Part shown: positions 19,859-28,415 of the stretch, one piece after another
How the letters are laid out: each line of letters begins with the position of its first letter
How positions within the stretch are numbered: position 1 is the stretch's first letter
NCBI GenBank assembly: GCA_040772485.1
Contig: JAXGYC010000009.1
Coordinates: 482,801-546,800 of the forward strand
DNA length: 64,000 bases
Direction: 5' to 3'
Source of the DNA: Sedimentisphaerales bacterium
Lineage (GTDB): Bacteria > Planctomycetota > Phycisphaerae > Sedimentisphaerales > Anaerobacaceae
Made by a program: the position numbers and the translations under genes
The notes under the pieces: generated by a model
What the model was told of the DNA's origin: nothing
Database searches by the model: none
Seen by the model: the letters and a program-made list of their open reading frames with translations, nothing else

Positions 19859-20419
19859 ATGGCGACGCAGCAGACAATCAGTACAGTCAATGGAATCGAC
19901 CTGGACGTTCTCCACGAGACGGTCAGCGCGATCGAGAACGACCCCGCTCTGGCCAAGTGCAAGTTCCGAGCGAGCAACAAGTGGATCAACGGCAACCACA
20001 ATCGCACACGAATCACCGGTTTCTACGGCGCCAAACAGGAGATGACGCACCAGCAGTCTTTCGAGTTGCACGCCGATGAGCCGCCGGTGTTGGCGGGCGA
20101 CGACCAGGCGCCGAACCCGGTCGAGCACTTGCTCAACGCCCTGGCCGGCTGCATGACGACGGGGATGGTGGCCCATGCCGCGGTGCGCGGCATCCACATC
20201 GAGGAGCTGGAATCCGAACTGGAAGGCGACCTCGATTTGCGCGGTTTCCTCGGTTTGTCGGACGACGTTCCGAGGGGCTATACGAACATCCGCGTCAAGT
20301 TCAAAGTCAAGGCCGACACCGACAACATGGAACGCCTCAGAAGGCTGACGGAGTACTCTCCTGTGTTCAACACCATCACGCAGGGAGCCCGGGTCGATGT
20401 CACCGTCGAGCCCAGGTAG
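19859..20419 (+). CDS. OsmC family protein
   Basis: ADEPPVLAGDDQAPNPVEHLLNALAGC, EGDLDLRGFLG, SPVFNT (single Cys). Confidence 0.88.
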   Translation: MATQQTISTVNGIDLDVLHETVSAIENDPALAKCKFRASNKWINGNHNRTRITGFYGAKQEMTHQQSFELHADEPPVLAGDDQAPNPVEHLLNALAGCMTTGMVAHAAVRGIHIEELESELEGDLDLRGFLGLSDDVPRGYTNIRVKFKVKADTDNMERLRRLTEYSPVFNTITQGARVDVTVEPR

Positions 20420-20441
20420 GGGCAAATGACCGTTTGCCCTG
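20416..20441 (+). repeat. REP-like GTAG palindrome, family A variant
   Basis: GTAGGGGCAAATGACCGTTTGCCCTG with a compensatory stem change; its TAG is the osmC stop. Confidence 0.65.
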
Positions 20442-20491
20442 TGGGCACACGGCGGAGAGTCGGCTCACGCAGAAGTCGTCTTTATGACGCA

Positions 20492-20534
20492 CCGGAAAGG
20501 GGGGCTCCGGCGGAGTACGGCCCCCCTTTTCCGG
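20492..20534. terminator. Strong inverted repeat, probable terminator
   Basis: CCGGAAAGGGGGGC ... GCCCCCCTTTTCCGG. Confidence 0.55.
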
Positions 20535-20626
20535 GAACTGCGCGCCGATAGTCGCACGATTCGCACCTTCCGGCGTGACAACATCCGGGAGGGGCACGTC
20601 CCAGCTTCATAGAAAGGAGACCGATT

Positions 20627-22045
20627 ATGGCTGCTTCGGCTGTCAAGACAATCTCCAACGGCACGGTAATCTTGGAGGAAAGCACCGTAGCCGACTTCGA
20701 CGCCTCTCTTCGCGGCGAACTGATCGAGCCCTGGCATCCGGCGTACGACGAAGCGAGGACCATTTACAATGCGATGATCGACAAACACCCGGCCCTGATT
20801 GCGCGATGCCGGGACGTCGCCGACGTGATGGCGGCCGTGAACTTCGCCCGGACGAACGATCTTCTGCTGGCGGTTCGTGGTGGCGGCCACAACGGGCCGG
20901 GTCTGGCCCTCTGCGACGATGGGTTGGTGATCGACCTGAGCCTCATGAAGGGGATTCGCGTGGATCCGGCACATCGCACCGTTCGCGTCGAGCCGGGCTG
21001 CCGTTGGGGTGACGTGGACCACGCCGCACATGCATTCGGTCTGGCGGTGCCGAGTGGAGCCATATCCACCACCGGTGTCCCCGGACTGACACTGGGCGGT
21101 GGGCACGGCTACCTCACCCGAAAGTACGGCCTGACCATCGACAACCTGCTCGAGGCCGACCTCGTTCTGGCCGATGGGCGGTTCGTCACGGCCGGGCCGC
21201 AGGAGAACGAGGATCTGTTCTGGGCCATCCGGGGCGGCGGCGGCAACTTCGGTGTCGTGACCTCGTTTCTGTTCCGGGCGCATCCCGTCGATACGGTCCA
21301 TGCCGGCGTGACGCTATGGTCCTTCGACAGGGCGCGTGACGTCCTGAGGTGGTACCGGGATTTCAGCCGGCAGGCGCCGATCGATCTCTATGGGTTCTTC
21401 ACTTTTCTGATGGTGCCTCCGGGGCCGCCATTCCCCAGGGAACTGCATCACAAGAAGATGTGCGGCGTGGTCTGGTGCTACACCGGCCCTATGGACCAGG
21501 TGGATCGGGTGTTCGATCCGGTCCGCCGGCGCGCGCCGGTGTTCGACGTGCTCGGAGCCATGCCCTTTCCGCACATCCAGTCGCAGTTCGATGCGCTGTA
21601 TCCGCCGGGCCACCAGTGGTACTGGAAGGGCGACTTCGTGAACGAACTCAGCGACGAAGCGATCGAACTGCATCTGCAGTACGGCTCGGCGCTCCCCACG
21701 CCGCAATCGACCATGCATCTCTATCCGATCGACGGCGCGGTGCACGAGGTGGCTCCCGACGCGACCGCATGGAGCTACCGCGACGCGGCGTGGTCGATGG
21801 TGATCGTCGGCGTCGATCCAGACCCGGCGAACCGCGAGAAGATCACGACCTGGGCGAGGGACTATTGGGAGGCCCTTCACCCGTATTCCGCCGGCGGTGC
21901 GTACGCGAACTTCATGATGGAAGAAGGGGCCGAGCGGGTCAAGGCCACCTATCGTGAGAACTACGAGCGGCTGGTAGACGTCAAGACGAAGTACGATCCC
22001 ACGAACCTGTTCCGCGTGAACCAGAACATCCGACCGCGAGCGTGA
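20627..22045 (+). CDS. FAD-binding oxidoreductase, berberine-bridge-enzyme-like
   Basis: RGGGHN covalent-FAD His, DLFWAIRGGGGNFGVVT, Y-x-N...KYDPTNLFRVNQNI. Confidence 0.92.
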   Translation: MAASAVKTISNGTVILEESTVADFDASLRGELIEPWHPAYDEARTIYNAMIDKHPALIARCRDVADVMAAVNFARTNDLLLAVRGGGHNGPGLALCDDGLVIDLSLMKGIRVDPAHRTVRVEPGCRWGDVDHAAHAFGLAVPSGAISTTGVPGLTLGGGHGYLTRKYGLTIDNLLEADLVLADGRFVTAGPQENEDLFWAIRGGGGNFGVVTSFLFRAHPVDTVHAGVTLWSFDRARDVLRWYRDFSRQAPIDLYGFFTFLMVPPGPPFPRELHHKKMCGVVWCYTGPMDQVDRVFDPVRRRAPVFDVLGAMPFPHIQSQFDALYPPGHQWYWKGDFVNELSDEAIELHLQYGSALPTPQSTMHLYPIDGAVHEVAPDATAWSYRDAAWSMVIVGVDPDPANREKITTWARDYWEALHPYSAGGAYANFMMEEGAERVKATYRENYERLVDVKTKYDPTNLFRVNQNIRPRA

Positions 22046-22084
22046 AAGAGAGCGGTCGGATGTGTAGGAATGGAGGACGCAGCT

Positions 22085-23509
22085 ATGAGGACGCAGCGTG
22101 TCGAAACGCGCGCAGGATCGACGACATTGTCCGATGAAGCGATCCAGGAACTGTGTGCCGCCCTGCGTGGCGACGTCATTGCGGTCGGGGATGAGACATT
22201 CGACGAGGCTCGCAGGGTCTGGAACGGTCTGATCGACAAGCGCCCCGCGCTGATCGCCCGGTGCGCGGAAACGGCCGATGTGATCGCCGCCGTGAACTTC
22301 GCACGTGAGCACGCCGTGCCCCTGTCGGTTCGCGGCGGCGGTCACAACGTCGCGGGCAAGGCGCTGTGCGACGAGGGTCTGGTCATCGACCTCTCGGGCA
22401 TGCGGGCCGTTCACGTCGATCCGGGAACGCGAGTGGTGCGCGCCGAAGGCGGCGCGCTGCTGGGCGACATCGACCGTCGGACGCAGGCGTTCGGCCTGGC
22501 GGTTCCGCTGGGCGTGGTCTCGCAGACGGGGGTGGCCGGACTGTGTCTCCACGGGGGCATGGGCTGGCTGACTCGCAAGCACGGCTTGACCTTGGACAAT
22601 CTGATCGACGTGGACATCGTCACGGCCGACGGGCGGTTGCGCCGGGCCGGCGAGGCCGAGAACCCCGATTTGTTCTGGGCGGTTCGAGGCGGCGGCGGCA
22701 ACTTCGGCGTCGTGACATCGTTCGAGTTTCGTGCCCATCCCGTTGGACCCAGGGTGTGGTTCCTGGCTGCCATGTACCCGATGTCAGAGGCGAAACGCAT
22801 CCTGAGATTCCTCGATGGGTTTATGCGGGAGGCTCCAGAGGAGCTGGCGGTCCTCGGGTCGCTGTGGACCACGCCGAACGACGAGCCGATTCCGCCGGCG
22901 CATCGCCAAGAGCCTGTGATCGTGCTGCTTGGCTGCTACAGCGGGCCGTTCGAGGAAGGCGAAGAGGCTATCAGGCCGCTGCGCGAGTTGGGCGAGCCCG
23001 TCGCCGACCTCAGCGGTCCGATGCCGTTTGCAGACGTCCAGACGGCCCTCGACGCCGACTATCCCGACGGCAGGTTGTACTACTGGAAGTCCGTCTATCT
23101 GCCACAACTGCGTGAAGAGGTCTTCGATGTCCTCGTCGAACACGCGCAGAGGCGACCTTCGCCATTGACGTCGATTGACATATGGTTTCTGGCGGGTGCG
23201 GCGATGCGCATTCGGCCGGATCAGACTGCCTACGCACGGCGGGATGTCCCTTACGCGATCGGAATCGAATCGAACTGGACCGACCCGGCGAAGTCGGACG
23301 TGAACGTGGCGTGGGCCAGGGGACTCTTCGACGCTCTTCAGCCGTTCTCGCGGGGGACGTACCTGAATTTCCCCGGTTTCATGGAGGACAGCGACAAGCT
23401 CCTTCAAGGCGCCTATGGGGCTAACTACAAGCGGCTCCAGGCCATCAAGGCGAAGTACGATCCGGACAACCTCTTCCAAGGGGCTCTGAACATTCCGCCG
23501 AAGGCCTGA
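22085..23509 (+). CDS. FAD-binding oxidoreductase, BBE-like (tandem paralog)
   Basis: RGGGHN, DLFWAVRGGGGNFGVVT, YLNF..KYDPDNLF; alternative start 22070. Confidence 0.92.
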   Translation: MRTQRVETRAGSTTLSDEAIQELCAALRGDVIAVGDETFDEARRVWNGLIDKRPALIARCAETADVIAAVNFAREHAVPLSVRGGGHNVAGKALCDEGLVIDLSGMRAVHVDPGTRVVRAEGGALLGDIDRRTQAFGLAVPLGVVSQTGVAGLCLHGGMGWLTRKHGLTLDNLIDVDIVTADGRLRRAGEAENPDLFWAVRGGGGNFGVVTSFEFRAHPVGPRVWFLAAMYPMSEAKRILRFLDGFMREAPEELAVLGSLWTTPNDEPIPPAHRQEPVIVLLGCYSGPFEEGEEAIRPLRELGEPVADLSGPMPFADVQTALDADYPDGRLYYWKSVYLPQLREEVFDVLVEHAQRRPSPLTSIDIWFLAGAAMRIRPDQTAYARRDVPYAIGIESNWTDPAKSDVNVAWARGLFDALQPFSRGTYLNFPGFMEDSDKLLQGAYGANYKRLQAIKAKYDPDNLFQGALNIPPKA

Positions 23510-23586
23510 CGCGACCGACTTGGCAGACGTCGATACAGGCGGTATAAGGGTGGCACCGATGTACGGCGTTTGCGAAGGAGGAATCG

Positions 23587-24342
23587 ATGTCGCGAAGGAC
23601 AGCCCAGGAAGTTGTCGCGACGCTGCGATCGCTGGGTGACCCGAAAGCGGTCGAAGGCGCAGCACGATTTGGGATCAATGTCCCTGACATCCTGGGCGTA
23701 TCGGCGCCCGCATTGCGAAAGCTGGCGAAGGAGATCGGCACCGACCACCGGCTCGCGGGCCAGTTGTGGCGGACGGGCATTCATGACGCCCGCGGCCTGG
23801 CGGCGCTGATCGACGACCCGGCGATGGTCACGGAAAGCCAGATGGAACGCTGGGCCAAAGACTTCAATTCGTGGGCGGTCTGCGACGCCGCGTGCGGCTG
23901 CCTGTTCGACAAGACTCCGTATGCCTGGGACAAAGCAATCGAGTGGAGCCGGCGTGAAAAGGAGTACGTCAAGCGAGCCGGTTTCGTCCTGATGGCATGC
24001 CTGGCCGTTCATGACAAGAAGGTGCCGGATGAGCGGTTCGAGGCATTTCTGCCCTTGATCGTCGAACAAGCCGGCGACGAACGCAACTTCGTCAGAAAGG
24101 CGGTCAACTGGGCCCTCCGCCAGATCGGCAAACGCAACCGTCGATTGAACAAGCTGGCGATTCAGACGGCGGAAGAAGCCCGCTCGCTCGGTACCAAGAG
24201 CGCCCGATGGATCGCCTCCGATGCGCTCCGCGAGCTGACCGGCGACAAGGTTCAGGCCCGCCTTGAAGAGCAAAGATCAAAGAACCATATCAAAGCGCAA
24301 GGAGCAAAAATCAAAATAGTGGAATCCGCCTTCGGCGGATGA
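23587..24342 (+). CDS. DNA alkylation repair protein (AlkD-like HEAT-repeat glycosylase)
   Basis: GVSAPALRKLAK, FNSWAVCD, DERNFVRKAVNWALRQIGKRN; the last ~25 codons run into a foldback repeat. Confidence 0.88.
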   Translation: MSRRTAQEVVATLRSLGDPKAVEGAARFGINVPDILGVSAPALRKLAKEIGTDHRLAGQLWRTGIHDARGLAALIDDPAMVTESQMERWAKDFNSWAVCDAACGCLFDKTPYAWDKAIEWSRREKEYVKRAGFVLMACLAVHDKKVPDERFEAFLPLIVEQAGDERNFVRKAVNWALRQIGKRNRRLNKLAIQTAEEARSLGTKSARWIASDALRELTGDKVQARLEEQRSKNHIKAQGAKIKIVESAFGG

Positions 24343-24381
24343 CTCCCACATTTCTGCATTTTGCTCTTTGATCTTTGCTCT
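24267..24381. repeat. AT-rich foldback element with 17-bp perfect terminal inverted repeat and 7-nt periodic arms
   Basis: AGAGCAAAGATCAAAGA ... TCTTTGATCTTTGCTCT; central hairpin ATCCGCC-TTC-GGCGGAT. Confidence 0.8.
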
Positions 24382-24400
24382 GATCCCGGCGCCGCTGGGG

Positions 24401-25153
24401 TTATGCCTTCGCCACGGCCTTGCGGGCTGCTTCCAGACGCTGGGCGGCAAAGGGCCAGTTCGCCATCTTCATGAAGTTGTCCACCCACGCGCCGCGGTCG
24501 TTGGCGTATTTCAGGTAGTAGGCGTGCTCCCAAACGTCACAGACCAGCAGGGCGACCGTGTCCGTGAAGGCGAGGTTCTGATGCTTCTCCGCCTGAAGGA
24601 TCAGAAGCTTGTCGGCGATGGGCTCGTAGGCGAGCACGCCCCAGCCGCTGGCCTCGGCGGCCTTCGTCGCGGCGGCAAACTGCTTCTGCGCCGCCTCCAC
24701 CGAGCCGAAGCTCCGGGTCATGGCCTGGCGGAGGCTCTCGGGCATGTCGGGCTTTTCGGGGCTCATCGAGTTCCAGAACAGGGTGTGCAGGACGTGGCCG
24801 CTGCCGTTGAAGGCCAGGTCGCGGCTCAGCGCCTTGATCGCGCCGTAGTCGCCCGAGGCGCGGGCCGCCTCGAGCTTGGCCAGCGTGGCGTTGAGCCCGT
24901 TGACGTAGCCGGCGTGGTGCTTGGTGTGGTGGATTGTCACCGTCCGCTCGTCGTACAGCGGCTCCAGCGCATTGTACCCATAGGGCAGCGGCGGCAGCGT
25001 GTAGGCATTGTTCTGGTACGCGCCGCTGACGGCCGCAACGGATCGCGACGGGGCCCCCAGGCCCAGAATGCCGCTGCCGACGGCGCCGGCGCCCAGCAGG
25101 CCGAGCGATCCGGCCTTCACCACGTCTCTTCGCGAGGGTTCCGATTTCATCAT
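24401..25153 (-). CDS. Fe/Mn superoxide dismutase with Tat signal
   Basis: LPPLPYGYNALEP, HHTKHHAGYV, FNGSGHVLH, DVWEHAYY; SRRDVVK twin-arginine leader. Confidence 0.93.
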   Translation of the reverse strand: MMKSEPSRRDVVKAGSLGLLGAGAVGSGILGLGAPSRSVAAVSGAYQNNAYTLPPLPYGYNALEPLYDERTVTIHHTKHHAGYVNGLNATLAKLEAARASGDYGAIKALSRDLAFNGSGHVLHTLFWNSMSPEKPDMPESLRQAMTRSFGSVEAAQKQFAAATKAAEASGWGVLAYEPIADKLLILQAEKHQNLAFTDTVALLVCDVWEHAYYLKYANDRGAWVDNFMKMANWPFAAQRLEAARKAVAKA

Positions 25154-25273
25154 CGAGTCCTTTCCGTTTTGTGCTCACAGAGGTTGTGCATGTCGCGACG
25201 AACGGTAACACGGAGGACTCGAACCATCAAGTGATACAATCCCTGATAATCGTACAGGGAATTCCTGATGGCG

Positions 25274-27136
25274 TCAGAGGCCGCCGGACGCCATCACCGT
25301 CAAGCTGGGACGCTGGAGCTGAACCCGCCGATTCGTCAACTCGGTGATCTGCCGCTCCGCGATACTCAATGCCTGCTGGGCGGTCCGGAGCCGTGCCGCC
25401 TGTGGATCGAATGCCGATGCCCGCGCCAATCGGCGCTGCGTTTCATCGAGTTGAGTTCGGAACACCTCGAGACGCGCCCTCTGTTCGGCTGTCTCGATGG
25501 CCATCTGGCTCAATTCACTGTTGAGACTGTCCAGGCGACCGCCTCCGACGTCCTTGGTCAATTCTTCCTGCCGCTTGGCTAATTCGATTCGTGCCCTGGT
25601 CAGGTTCTCCTGGGCCTGCGTCAGCTCTGACTGGGGCAGTCGACCGGCGTCGACCTCCTTGCGAACCTGGGAAAGACGCATCTCAATCATCTGGACGAGG
25701 GTCTGGAATTCCTTGGTCACTGTGTCCTGGGCCAGCTTCCTGTCCGCCTCATCCCTCGTCCGGGCGATCTGTTCCTCGATGGCCTGGCGTCGCGCCTCCC
25801 TGCCGGCCATCTCCATCTCCAGGTCCTGGATCGCATCGGACAGGTCGCGCCGGCGGGCAATCAGCTCCTGTGTGTCTTCCTGGATCTCGATTGTGGAAAA
25901 TGCCGCCTGGGGGCTCTGCAATTCCTCTTCGCGGATGACGATCACGTCATCGTCGATCTGGTAGGAAATGTCGGTGAGTCCGCCGCTGACGGCTTCGATG
26001 ACTGTCTTCAAGGCCGTTTCCAGTTTGACCGGGGGCGGACCGTCCATTCCGATCGGCGTGGGGGGTTCGATATCGCAGCTCTCCTGCAATTCTTTCCACA
26101 GCACGACGATGGGCAGCGGCGGTTCAACCGAGTTCTTCAGGAGCTCGATAGCTTCCGCGAACGGCATCTCAGGCGTCAGTACAGATACGTCCACGATTGT
26201 ACTCAACTGCTCGCGTATTCTGCTGCTCCCGGGCGAGGAAGGAGCGGTGCTTCGCCCAAGCTGCTGCTCGATCTCTTCTCGTCTGAGTTCGGCGAACTGG
26301 ATCTGTTCGCTCAGGAGTCTCTCATACCGGTTATAGGAATCCTCCAACGCTCGCCTGAGGTTGTCCACGAGAGCTTTGACGAACTGGCCGGCCAGCGGCT
26401 TGGCATCCTCTGGCAGTGGAACGTACAGCCGGACCATCGCGGTCTGTTGTTGGGCGCGAGTCGGTGCCGGCGCAGTCGGCGCGCCATACATGCCGCCCAC
26501 CCCGTAACCACCCATGCCATAGCCGCCCATTGTGCCATAGCCCATGCCGCCCATTCCGCCTCCGCCCATTCCGGTGCGGCCCATCATGGTGCCGCTCCTG
26601 GCGCCGCGACCACTCATCATACCCCCGCCCATGCCCATTCCCTGTTGGGGCGAATGATCATTCGCCCCTGCGGGTCGATTCTTGTCGGCTGGCGGGGTGG
26701 TAGCGGCCGGCTCCGGCGTACCGTACTTGTCCCTGTCTTCTCTGAGTTGTCTGGCGTAATCATCTCCGTAGATTGGTGCCAGTTGTCGGATTATGTCGCT
26801 ATCTTCAGCGGTGTTCCGTTGCGCCGGCTCGGGCATGCTGGTCGTCTGGGCGGCCTGCGAGACCCATTCGATTCGGATCTCCTGGCGGATGTTGCCGGCG
26901 GCTTCTGCCTCCAGCCCAAACACGTCCTTGGCGGCCTTTCCGGCCACAGCCGAACTGCGGATCAGTTGCTCGACCGTGGTCGGGTCCAAAGGCAGGATGT
27001 CCGCGTCGATCGCGACCCTGATCAGACAACTGGCGTAGCGCGAGTTCGAGGGCGCCTCGGCCTCGCCGAAGGCGGGCGTTGCAGCCAGGGCCAGGCTCAG
27101 GGTCAGACAGACGATGGTGATTTGTGTGGCTCGCAT
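25274..27136 (-). CDS. Secreted protein with Gly/Met-rich linker, STN-like domain and long coiled coil
   Basis: Signal peptide MRATQITIVCL..PAFG; GMGMGGG tract; MPFAEAIELL..LETAL..YQIDDDVIVI; RBS AAGGAG. Confidence 0.7.
   Translation of the reverse strand: MRATQITIVCLTLSLALAATPAFGEAEAPSNSRYASCLIRVAIDADILPLDPTTVEQLIRSSAVAGKAAKDVFGLEAEAAGNIRQEIRIEWVSQAAQTTSMPEPAQRNTAEDSDIIRQLAPIYGDDYARQLREDRDKYGTPEPAATTPPADKNRPAGANDHSPQQGMGMGGGMMSGRGARSGTMMGRTGMGGGGMGGMGYGTMGGYGMGGYGVGGMYGAPTAPAPTRAQQQTAMVRLYVPLPEDAKPLAGQFVKALVDNLRRALEDSYNRYERLLSEQIQFAELRREEIEQQLGRSTAPSSPGSSRIREQLSTIVDVSVLTPEMPFAEAIELLKNSVEPPLPIVVLWKELQESCDIEPPTPIGMDGPPPVKLETALKTVIEAVSGGLTDISYQIDDDVIVIREEELQSPQAAFSTIEIQEDTQELIARRRDLSDAIQDLEMEMAGREARRQAIEEQIARTRDEADRKLAQDTVTKEFQTLVQMIEMRLSQVRKEVDAGRLPQSELTQAQENLTRARIELAKRQEELTKDVGGGRLDSLNSELSQMAIETAEQRARLEVFRTQLDETQRRLARASAFDPQAARLRTAQQALSIAERQITELTNRRVQLQRPSLTVMASGGL
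26644..26671 (+). repeat. REP-like palindrome, family A, inside a CDS
   Basis: GTTGGGGCGAATGATCATTCGCCCCTGC; read in frame on the minus strand as ...AGANDHSPQ... Confidence 0.65.
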
Positions 27137-27726
27137 GGGGATTCTCCTTCCATCGGGGATTTGTTGAAACGTTGATTCCGGATTTGGGCCAGTCTTTCTC
27201 TGGCGACATCGGCCGAGCGGCTCTCGGGAAACAGGCGGATGACCTGTTCGTAGGTCTCGACCGCCGACTCGGTCTGGTTCAGCTCGCGAATCATCCGGTC
27301 CGCCTGGTAGACCAGCACAAAGGCGGTCTTGTCCGCCTGCCGTTGAAGCTCCTGCGCCGGATCGGGAATGCTCGCCAGCTCGGCCTGGAGGGCCGCAAGT
27401 CGCCGCTCCTGTCGCTCTTTGGCCAGAACCTCCTGGACGAGCCGCATGGTTGTCTCGGTCTGCTCCTGCAACTGCCGCACCTGCTCTTCGAGCGAGGCGA
27501 TCCGCTCCTGTGGTTCTGCGGCAGGCTCCTGCGGATGTGGACGCCGGTTCCAGAGAGCGACGCCGCACAGCAGAATCGCTGCTGCCGCTGCCGGCGCTGC
27601 AATGGCGATCGAACGTCGGCGACGCAGTCGCAGGCGGACGTCGCGGGCGCGGACTGCACCGTACTGCGGCGGACCGGCCGCCCGGTCGGCGTCCTCCAGC
27701 AGGCTTTTGATTTGTTCCTCGTTCAC
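27103..27726 (-). CDS. Putative membrane anti-sigma factor with C-terminal TPR-like helix pair
   Basis: GTG start overlaps the sigma stop; RRRR-TM; AVETYEQVIRLFPESRSA..ARERL. Confidence 0.7.
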   Translation of the reverse strand: MNEEQIKSLLEDADRAAGPPQYGAVRARDVRLRLRRRRSIAIAAPAAAAAILLCGVALWNRRPHPQEPAAEPQERIASLEEQVRQLQEQTETTMRLVQEVLAKERQERRLAALQAELASIPDPAQELQRQADKTAFVLVYQADRMIRELNQTESAVETYEQVIRLFPESRSADVARERLAQIRNQRFNKSPMEGESPCEPHKSPSSV

Positions 27727-28286
27727 GTCTTCTCCTCGATCAACTCGCCTAAGTTCTGTCTCAGTTGCTGCCTGGCCCGGGTCAGCCGCACCTGCATGGC
27801 GTTGACGGTGATCCCCAGAAGCTCGCACATCTCGGAGGTTTCGAGGCCTTGGAGGTAGCGCAAGACCACGACCTCGCGGTACTTCGGCGACAAGGCCCGC
27901 ACCGCCCGGCGGACCCTTGCGAAGGTCTCGGTGTCCATCGCCGCTCGCGCAACGTCCTCTTCGATACACAGGTGTGGACTATCCTCGTCGATTGCGACCG
28001 TGCGGATGCGAAAGACCCGCCGGCGCTGCCTCCGCCGGCACATGTTGACCGTGATGGTAAAGAGCCACGTCCGCAGCCCGCACTCGCCCCGGAACTTCCG
28101 TAGACCGGTAAAGGCCGCCAGAAAGACGTCCTGCACGACGTCGTCAACGTCCTGGGGCCATCCGAGCAGACGATTGGCGAGGGCCGCAACGTCGGCCGCA
28201 TGCCCCTGCACGATCCCGTCGAACGCGGAATCGTCTCCCCGGCGGAAACGCTTTACCAGGGCCTGCTCCGCAATCATCTTCGCCAT
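27723..28286 (-). CDS. ECF RNA polymerase sigma-70 factor
   Basis: DVDDVVQDVF..FRG..LRTWLFTITVN; LSPKYREVVVLRYLQGL..RLTRARQQLR; alternative start 28295. Confidence 0.92.
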   Translation of the reverse strand: MAKMIAEQALVKRFRRGDDSAFDGIVQGHAADVAALANRLLGWPQDVDDVVQDVFLAAFTGLRKFRGECGLRTWLFTITVNMCRRRQRRRVFRIRTVAIDEDSPHLCIEEDVARAAMDTETFARVRRAVRALSPKYREVVVLRYLQGLETSEMCELLGITVNAMQVRLTRARQQLRQNLGELIEEKT

Positions 28287-28297
28287 GGCTGTCATAT

Positions 28298-28325
28298 TAG
28301 ACCCGGACCGGGACGTACCATTACA
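28298..28325 (-). promoter_or_regulatory. ECF-type autoregulatory promoter candidate
   Basis: Minus strand TGTAAT-N17-GTCTA immediately upstream of the sigma gene. Confidence 0.45.
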
Positions 28326-28361
28326 GAATTCCCGCCGCGTCTGTCGTTCGGTCGGCGCAAG

Positions 28362-28388
28362 AAAAAAGCCCGGCGTGGAGCCGGGCTT
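28362..28388 (-). terminator. Rho-independent terminator of metK
   Basis: Minus strand AAGCCCGGC-TCCAC-GCCGGGCTTTTTT. Confidence 0.8.
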
Positions 28389-28415
28389 GGGAGGCGTGAT
28401 GAATGCCCTGCGCTG

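Noticed and set aside
26490..26640. Short tandem CCCATGCC-like DNA repeats
   Set aside because: They simply encode the Gly/Met-rich linker of the minus-strand protein.
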